Shown one piece after another: positions 56,767-64,000 of a stretch of DNA of 64,000 nucleotides (its first letter is position 1; every line of letters begins with the position of its first letter). The translations under genes and the position numbers were made by a program. Where the stretch lies: assembly GCA_010093745.1 (NCBI GenBank), contig MU005979.1, forward strand, positions 124,001 through 188,000, read 5' to 3'. The notes under the pieces were generated by a model, which saw nothing but the letters and a program-made list of their open reading frames with translations, made no database searches and was not told the origin of the DNA. Origin of the DNA: Piedraia hortae CBS 480.64. Its lineage: Eukaryota.

Positions 56767-58459
56767 ATGTTGCTCACCCTCGTTTGTCTGGCCGCCGTCG
56801 TGCGTGCTGCACCCGTATCGAGTAATCTTCCCGATTACTTCCAAACAAAGCCCGAGCTCTTCCCTGGTGCATGAACCCACAGTACTGGTTAATCCAGCGT
56901 CTAATACGTTGTAGGCCCTACTCCCACGGGTGACCCTGCCTTCTTGGCTCAGACAAATCCCGCTCCTTTTCCGTCAACAACTTATATACCCCCTCAACCT
57001 CTGGAGACCCAGATTCCTATTCGGGGAAACGATAAAAATGGAAACATTTTCCAATTGATGGCCCAGCTGAGCCATTACTTTCCCAATCCTGTAGGCCTAT
57101 CCATCCCGTTTCCGGTCCAGTCATTGATTGATTTACAAGGATGGCTTCGGCGTGGACGAGTATAAGCTGCCCGAAGAGGCCAAAATTGTGCAACTGAACA
57201 TGCTCTCGCGACATGGATCCCGCTACCCAACGTCTGACTCCGGTGCTCTAGTGCTAGCAGAGAAAATTGGTAATCACACATCAAAATTCACCGGCGAGCT
57301 CGAATTTTTGAACTCGTGGAAGTCGAAGCTCGGGGCCGATATTCTCGTGCCGGTGGGCAAGGAAGAGCTTTTCGAGAGCGGCACACTGCACCAATATCTC
57401 TACGGCCAATTGTATCCCAACGATGGAAGCAAGATTATCGTTCGATCCACCACACAGGACCGCATGACAAAATCTGCAGAGTACTTTCTTGCGGGTTTCT
57501 TTGGGCTGGACTGGACACAGAACGCGACTCTGGTCCTCGGCATCGAAACGTTTGACGGCGCATCATGGAACAACACACTCAGCGGCTCGGTGGGATGTAA
57601 CAACTCGTACTCTTTCCGGGCAAATGCTGGGAACAATGCATCAGCGGCATGGAACAAAATCTACCTTGCCGATGCTGTCACGCGGCTGAACAAACTGTCC
57701 CCGGGCTTCAACTGGACAACATCACAGGCATACAACGCGCAGCAGCTGTGTGCGTACGAGACCGTGGCACTCGGCTTCTCGTCCTTTTGCGATCTCTTCA
57801 CCTTCTCCGAATGGGAAGGGTTCGAATATAGCGCCGACCTCAGTTTCGCAGGCAACGATGCGTTCCAATCTCCCACCGGCCGCGCTGTCGGCATCGGCTA
57901 TGTGGCTGAAATACTCGCCAGGCTGCAGCACCATGTCATCAAGGCACCTTTTGCGCAGATCAACACGACGCTGTCCGGCTCCGAGACGACCTTCCCAACA
58001 AATCAGACTCTCTACTTTGATTTTAGCCACGATACAGACATTATGTCTATCCTCACCGCCTTTGGACTGAGGCAGTTTGCTCACGTCATGTCACAGGATC
58101 GGATCGATAAGAAGCGGTCCTTGATCGTCTCTCATCTCACGCCGTTTGCGGCGCGGTTGGACATGGAGATTATCCACACACCGCGACCGCTAAGCGGACA
58201 ACGCAAAGGGGGTGATAAGTACGAGTATGGTGGCGAGACAAAGTATATTCACTTTGTGCTCAATCAGAGGACTCTGCCGCTCGGCGTTTCCCTGCCAGAG
58301 TGTGGAATGAGAGATGATGGATGGTGTGAATTGAACACATTCATGAAGGTGCAGACGGAGAATCTGAAGAGGGCAAAGTTCGAGGAGAGCTGTTTTGGGC
58401 ATTATGAGCCGAGTCCGTTTGGGACTATTACGGATGGTGTGCCTTTGGAAAAGAAGTAA
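56767..58459 (+). CDS. Secreted histidine acid phosphatase / 3-phytase, 3 exons
   Basis: Signal peptide MLLTLVCLAAVVRA, DYFQTKPELFPG|PTPTG, catalytic RHGSRYP and FSHD. Confidence 0.93.
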
Positions 58460-58740
58460 ATTATCTCTGTGCGTCCAGGGCTATCAAAGGTGGATAAATT
58501 ACCGTCTTTCCAAGCACGCTCAAATCTCACATACACGCGTGTTAAATTAAGTTCTCATTTGACAGCTGCGTAGCCCGCTCACCACAACATTATATAGAAA
58601 AGACTAACATACAGCAACATTATGTTCTTACCAATAAAAAGCCCACACCCCCTTAAAAAGTGTACCAACAACGGTTGAAAGCGGCACAACATTCCCTTTC
58701 CCCCGAATCCTCTCCCCGAATCCTCAACCCCGGCACAACC

Positions 58741-59552
58741 ATGGACAAAGACACCATGACCTTCCAATCCCTAATCTCCGACCTCAACACCCTTCTAGGC
58801 CCAAGTAATGGAATCGACAAAGTCAGCATCTCATCCCTCAAATCCCTCATGAGATCCTACAACTCCCAGCGAAGCGAATGGACCCCATACGCTTTTGCAG
58901 ATTACTCACGGGCCTACACGCGCAACCTCGTCTCTCACGGCAACGGGGCAGCTAACATTCTCGTCCTCGTCTGGTCTCCCGGAAGACAAAGTTACATCCA
59001 CGACCACGCGAATAGCCATTGCGTGATGAAAGTCCTCCACGGAAGACTGACTGAGACGGTGTACTCGTGGCCTTGTGAGCGTGGTGAGCAGAATTCACCT
59101 ATACAAGCTTCGCCTATACAGGCATCGCCAATAGATACCTGCGAGACGGAACACAAATGCTCCTCCTCTGAGACGGAACACAAATGCTCCTCCTCTGAGA
59201 CGGGAACGTTGAGGGTTAAACGTGCGAAAACGTATGGAGAGGATGAGGTTACGTACATGTCTGATCGGCTTGGGTTGCATAGAATTAGGAATGAGGATCC
59301 TGATGATGTCGCGGTTAGTTTACATGTTTATACGGTGAGTTTGGGTTTTCTCTTTCCCCCTCTTCCCTCCCCCACCCCCCCTCCCCCCGAGGGCCCTCAC
59401 CACCCCCCCGAAGAAAGGATGCTGATGAGGTATTGCAGCCGCCGAATGCAGCGAGGCATGGATGTCATATTTTTGATGAAGAGACAGGACGGAAGAGTCA
59501 TGTGCTGCAGTGTAGTTTTTACTCGGAGTTGGGGGTTAAGGTGGAGGGGTGA
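58741..59552 (+). CDS. CDO1: Cysteine dioxygenase type I; join(58741..59334,59439..59552)
   Basis: YTRNLV, IHDHANSHCVMKVL (His ligands plus crosslink Cys), GLHRI and AVSLHVYT|PPNA (crosslink Tyr). Intron 59335-59438. Confidence 0.94.
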
Positions 59553-59906
59553 TTCATAGGAGGGGGGGGTGGATGGGTTAATTCTGGTATGATACACTGA
59601 CGAATTGATGCTTGTGCTAAGGCTATTCTAGGGCAGGAGTTGAAGGGAGCGACCAGTGATTGGAGAGGAAGAAGGGTTGGGTTTGTTCAAGGGAGCAGCT
59701 CTGCCTGCATCTGCATGGGTGGCGATAGGGCAAACGGAGCATGCTTCTATGGTCGTAGTTTAAGTCGACTATCATTATAGATGAGGTTCCCGGTCTACCT
59801 GCACACATGTGCGTCAATGAGCCTCACCCCAAAAGCGGAATAGCTCTACCTCAACAACAAAAAAATCCCATCAAATCACAAAACCACCCACCCACCCACA
59901 GTCAAA

Positions 59907-61010
59907 ATGGCAACTACAGTAGACAAGATCAAGGAAATCGAAGCCGAAATGGCGCGCACGCAGAAAAACAAAGCGACATCCTTCCACCTCGGCCAGCTGA
60001 AGGCGAAACTCGCCAAGCTCAAAAAAGAACTCCTAACCCCCCAAGGAAGTAGCGGCGGCGGCGGGGTCGGCTTCGATGTCGCACGCACAGGCGTAGCAAG
60101 CGTGGGATTCATCGGCTTCCCCTCCGTGGGCAAATCAACCCTCATGTCACGATTAACAGGCCAACACTCCGAAGCCGCCGCATACGAGTTCACAACTCTA
60201 ACCACCGTCCCAGGTCAAGTCATTTACAACGGCGCCAAGATCCAAATGCTAGACCTCCCTGGAATCATCCAGGGCGCGAAGGACGGGAAAGGACGAGGGA
60301 GACAAGTCATCGCAGTTGCGAAAACATGCCACCTCATCTTCATAGTCTTAGACGTCAACAAACCGTTGACAGATAAACGAATCATCGAACAAGAACTAGA
60401 AGGGTTCGGGATAAGAGTAAACAAATCCCCCCCGAACATCAAGATCACGAAGAAAGAAAAGGGGGGGATCTCAATCACATCGACGGTAGCGCTAACGCAT
60501 ATCGAGCCCGACGAGATCCGTGCTGTGATGAACGAGTACCGAATGGCGAACGCGGATATCGCTATCCGCTGCGACGCTACCGTCGACGATCTCATCGATG
60601 TGATCGAGGCGAAGAGTAGGGCTTACATCCCCGTCATATACGCTCTGAATAAAATCGATGCGATTTCGATCGAGGAGCTTGATCTACTGTACCGTATTCC
60701 GAACGCTTGTCCGATCAGTTCCGAGCACGGTTGGAATGTGGATGAGTTGATGGAGCAGATGTGGGAGAAGTTGAGATTGAAGAGGGTTTATACGAAACCG
60801 AAAGGGAAGTTGCCGGATTATACTGCCCCCGTGGTGTTGAAAAATGGGAGGGATACCGTCGAGGATTTCTGTAATTCGATTCATAAGTCAATTGTAGAAC
60901 AGTTTAGGGTGGCGGTTGTGTGGGGGAGGAGTGTAAAGCATCAGCCGCAGAGGGTTGGATTAAGTCATACGTTGGAGGATGAGGATATTATTACGATTAT
61001 TAAAAAGTAG
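59907..61010 (+). CDS. RBG1: DRG1-family ribosome-binding GTPase
   Basis: [46 protein letters not shown] and a C-terminal TGS domain; intronless. Confidence 0.95.
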   Translation: MATTVDKIKEIEAEMARTQKNKATSFHLGQLKAKLAKLKKELLTPQGSSGGGGVGFDVARTGVASVGFIGFPSVGKSTLMSRLTGQHSEAAAYEFTTLTTVPGQVIYNGAKIQMLDLPGIIQGAKDGKGRGRQVIAVAKTCHLIFIVLDVNKPLTDKRIIEQELEGFGIRVNKSPPNIKITKKEKGGISITSTVALTHIEPDEIRAVMNEYRMANADIAIRCDATVDDLIDVIEAKSRAYIPVIYALNKIDAISIEELDLLYRIPNACPISSEHGWNVDELMEQMWEKLRLKRVYTKPKGKLPDYTAPVVLKNGRDTVEDFCNSIHKSIVEQFRVAVVWGRSVKHQPQRVGLSHTLEDEDIITIIKK

Positions 61011-61073
61011 TTGGGAGGATGGTTCGTTGTGTTTATCGTTAGACATGATCGTTATGGATGCTACATCATTGCG

Positions 61074-63882
61074 TTATGATTGCTCTCGAGGTGTAGCGCC
61101 AAGCATCCAGCCCAGCCCACTGGCCAATCCGCCGCTGACGGCGTTGGCCACCATGTCTCTCCTACGGACGTGGTGTTCTCCATCGGCCTCCGCTCGGAGG
61201 GGAAATGCGTTCCTCTTCAAGGCCTGTGCCGCGCTGCGAGTCAGCTCAAACATGCTGACGGGAACGTCTGCATCTGTATCGGTGACTGTGCCGACCCTTC
61301 CCATCTCGCGACGCGGCTGATTCAGCACCATCTCGGGCTGCTCGGAAGCAAACTGGCCCGGTAGAGTACCCGTACCAACATGCGTGGGTCGGCTATCAAA
61401 TGCCATCTCCGCCTCGCGTTGTTGGGCTTGCATGTTAGTCGTTTCCTCCTCGCATCTCCTCCATGCAGCCAGAATCTCATTCAGCGCTGGGGCAGGCGCC
61501 AGAAGCAAGGCCAGAGAGATCAAGTCTCCCCTCTGCTCTAGCCTACGGAGATTAGGCGCCGTGGATGAACGATAACTCCCCGCTAGGAAAGCCGCGCGCC
61601 ACGAAATGTCGTCGTTGCTGTCTTTGCTCGTGTTCAGTCGATTGACGACGTATGAGTAGGCTGTCTCGAAGTCATCTTCCTTTAACGCTGCTTCGACTGC
61701 CATAAACGTAACTCGACGTGTCGCTTCAGTCTGCTTCTCATCCATGGAGGCCCCCTCGGGCCCCGTCAGGCCAGCGAGCACAAAATTATCTGCTATGCTG
61801 ATCATGTCATCGAGCCTTGTGTAGCTGGCAGGGTTCTGGTCCAGCACCTTTTCGATCAGCCCGACTGGGTCGGAGCTGACGCGAATGCTGACCGGCTGAA
61901 ATGGCACATTGTGTTGCAGTTTCAGAGAGTAAAACGACAGGGAGTGGGTGCCAGCTATCAAGGCCAATGCCTGTTCGAATCGAGTGCTTTGGGGGAAAAA
62001 TGGCCGGAAAGCGGCGATTCTTGAGGGTCAGTCAACGATTACCAAGGGCTTAGATAACTCACATATCACTTGCTTTCTTCATCCCACCCCGAGTACGGTT
62101 GCCGTTGCTTGCGCTGTCGTACGCCTCCATGACCTTGTTGGAAACGACATTCTCCACTCGCTCCCTGCTCAGGACGTTGTGATCATCCAAATAGAGGCGA
62201 ACGGCTAAAGCGTAATCTGACGGCCGCCGTCAGCATTCCTAACGTGGCCTCAGCCAGCAACCACCGACGTCCCGACGCTACTTACAGTTGTAATCTAGAA
62301 ACACCTTGAGAAGTTCTTCCTCAAGCTGGCCGCGTCCGATCTTCCCCAACACGCCAAAACCGGTCGTGAACTCGTCATCGGTTTCAATGCCCCAGTTCCA
62401 TAGCCACAGCAGTCTGGCACGGTTGGCCTGCCAATCGTTGGCATTGCTCTTCGGTCCTGCATTGGCCAACTCTCGTAATATCTTCTTCAAAACCTCCATC
62501 TGCTCGGCCGGCTCGCCGTAAAAGTGCAGCAACGCAACATCACGAACCGAAGTTGCGTGACCCAGCCCTGTCAGAAGATAGGCACTGTACACCATCATCT
62601 GTAGCAGCATATATGTCTCGTATCGGGGAGTAGTCAGAGGATGTTCCGGCCGAAGCAGAGAATCCTGGGCCAAATCGGCCGTTGTTTGAGACTTCTCCAA
62701 CTGCACGGCATGACGTTGGATTTTGGGCAAGGAATCGACCGATGTTGCAAGATCAGGTGGCGGGATAAAGTCCAACAATTCTGATAAGCGAGCCAATATC
62801 GCATGCGCACACGACACCGACTCCAACGTCTTTTCAGACGTGATATAACACGAAGCAAACGCCGCCTGGGCGTACTGGAGTTTCAACTTCTCCAACACGT
62901 CCTCGTCAAGATAATGTTCACTATCCGGCGCCAAGTTTGCCAGGTCTATGTCGTTTGGGCCGTTCCAGTCTTCAATGCACTGAGCCGATAAAGGTAAATT
63001 GGTGCGTGCAGTATCGACTAGCCATAGGAACATCAGTTCCCATTGGTGGCCAGTCTTGGAGTCGATGTCGACGCCCTTTAGCGGAATCTTCTCAGGCTCA
63101 TCCTGGCCGTGATTGGACTCTTCAAACACCAAATGCTTCTTCTTCCGCTTGTATGTATGGCCATACATCCAAGGGCCAACCAAACCGCGAACGTCACGCC
63201 CGATCGTGCTACAGCTATGTTTGCTAGGACTTTCGACACCAGCCGCCGGCGTCTGTCCCGATTTTGCAAACTGCAGCAGCAGTTCAATCACTTCTGACCC
63301 CTTCATGCCTTCAAACTGGCGTAAACTCACGGGCATCGACAGTTCCCGATCGGAATAGTACTCGCCTTGCAGCCGCAGGATTGGCAGACACACGCTTATG
63401 TACCACGTCCGCAGCCAATTGCTCCTGTCCAGAAACGGCCTGGCTAGGGCCGGAATCAGACTGATGAGGCCAGTCTCGGCGTCTATTCGGTAGGTGCGGT
63501 GGCATACAAAGAGCGTAAAGGGGTCTGTAGGAGCATCAGGGGGAAAAGAGGGCGGAGTGAGAGTTGCAAGTTGCGATTTTATTTTCTTGGCCTTCTTATC
63601 CGCCTCCTTCTCTGAAAGTTCCTTTACCGGCCCAATATCAAGCTCCACATCCTTGCGCGCATGGTTGAGATACAAATGGCTTGCCACCTCTTCTACATAG
63701 CTCGTATATGCCTGCGGATCCGTCGTCTCAGGCAGGTAAGTGAGTAGAATGCGCAGGGCAAGTTCCGTGGGCAGCGCATCGGCTCTAGCGGCCGTGAGGG
63801 TGTGAAGAGCGGGAACATTGGCCTCGGAGGCATATTGAGCGGCCAGGACAGTGCATTGAGAGGCGCTCAGGGCCGCAGCCAT
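61074..63882 (-). CDS. SEC39: Sec39 (Dsl1 tethering complex subunit), 3 exons
   Basis: LRILLTYLPE, RDVRGLVGPWMYG, LLWLWNW; middle exon (~62063-62216) YDSASNGNRTRGGMKKASDI; last exon AALKEDDFETAYSY and GGLASGLGWMLGA. Confidence 0.9.
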
Positions 63883-64000
63883 GGTGTTTCTGGTGCAACT
63901 CCCCCACTCCCAGTTTTTCTCTGAACGACTGTGGTTGCCGTGCTTTACCGTGATTTACGTTTAACAGGGTAAGTAACGTTGCACTAACGGAATTTGCTAA

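Overview
Eukaryotic DNA from a filamentous ascomycete with a compact genome (short GT-AG introns with CTRAC branch sites, very short intergenic gaps). The species cannot be determined from the sequence. About 25 protein-coding genes are supported, mostly housekeeping: NPP1-type phosphodiesterase (runs off the left edge), bHLH factor, YEA4, CCT4, RPT1, USP-domain protein, STU2/XMAP215, LIS1/NudF, PXB/DUF3818 protein, SET methyltransferase, HOP1, EthD-like/hydrolase fusion, SDH1, a divergent kinase, RPA43, MTG1, DUF1992, YME1, acid phosphatase/phytase, cysteine dioxygenase, RBG1, SEC39 and some hypotheticals. Two accessory zones interrupt this. The first (~19-29 kb) holds a decayed hAT transposase, a diverged direct repeat pair ~5 kb apart and a palindrome cluster. 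The second (~36.3-41.7 kb) holds a Fot1/pogo transposase relic enclosed by very long (~750 bp) inverted arms, a disrupted secreted Cys-rich ORF and an atypical kinase. The most unusual intact gene (44783-45723) encodes a secreted protein of ten CxxCGGxGCxxCGG modules. No tRNA, rRNA or CRISPR array was seen. All alignments and splice models were made by eye.
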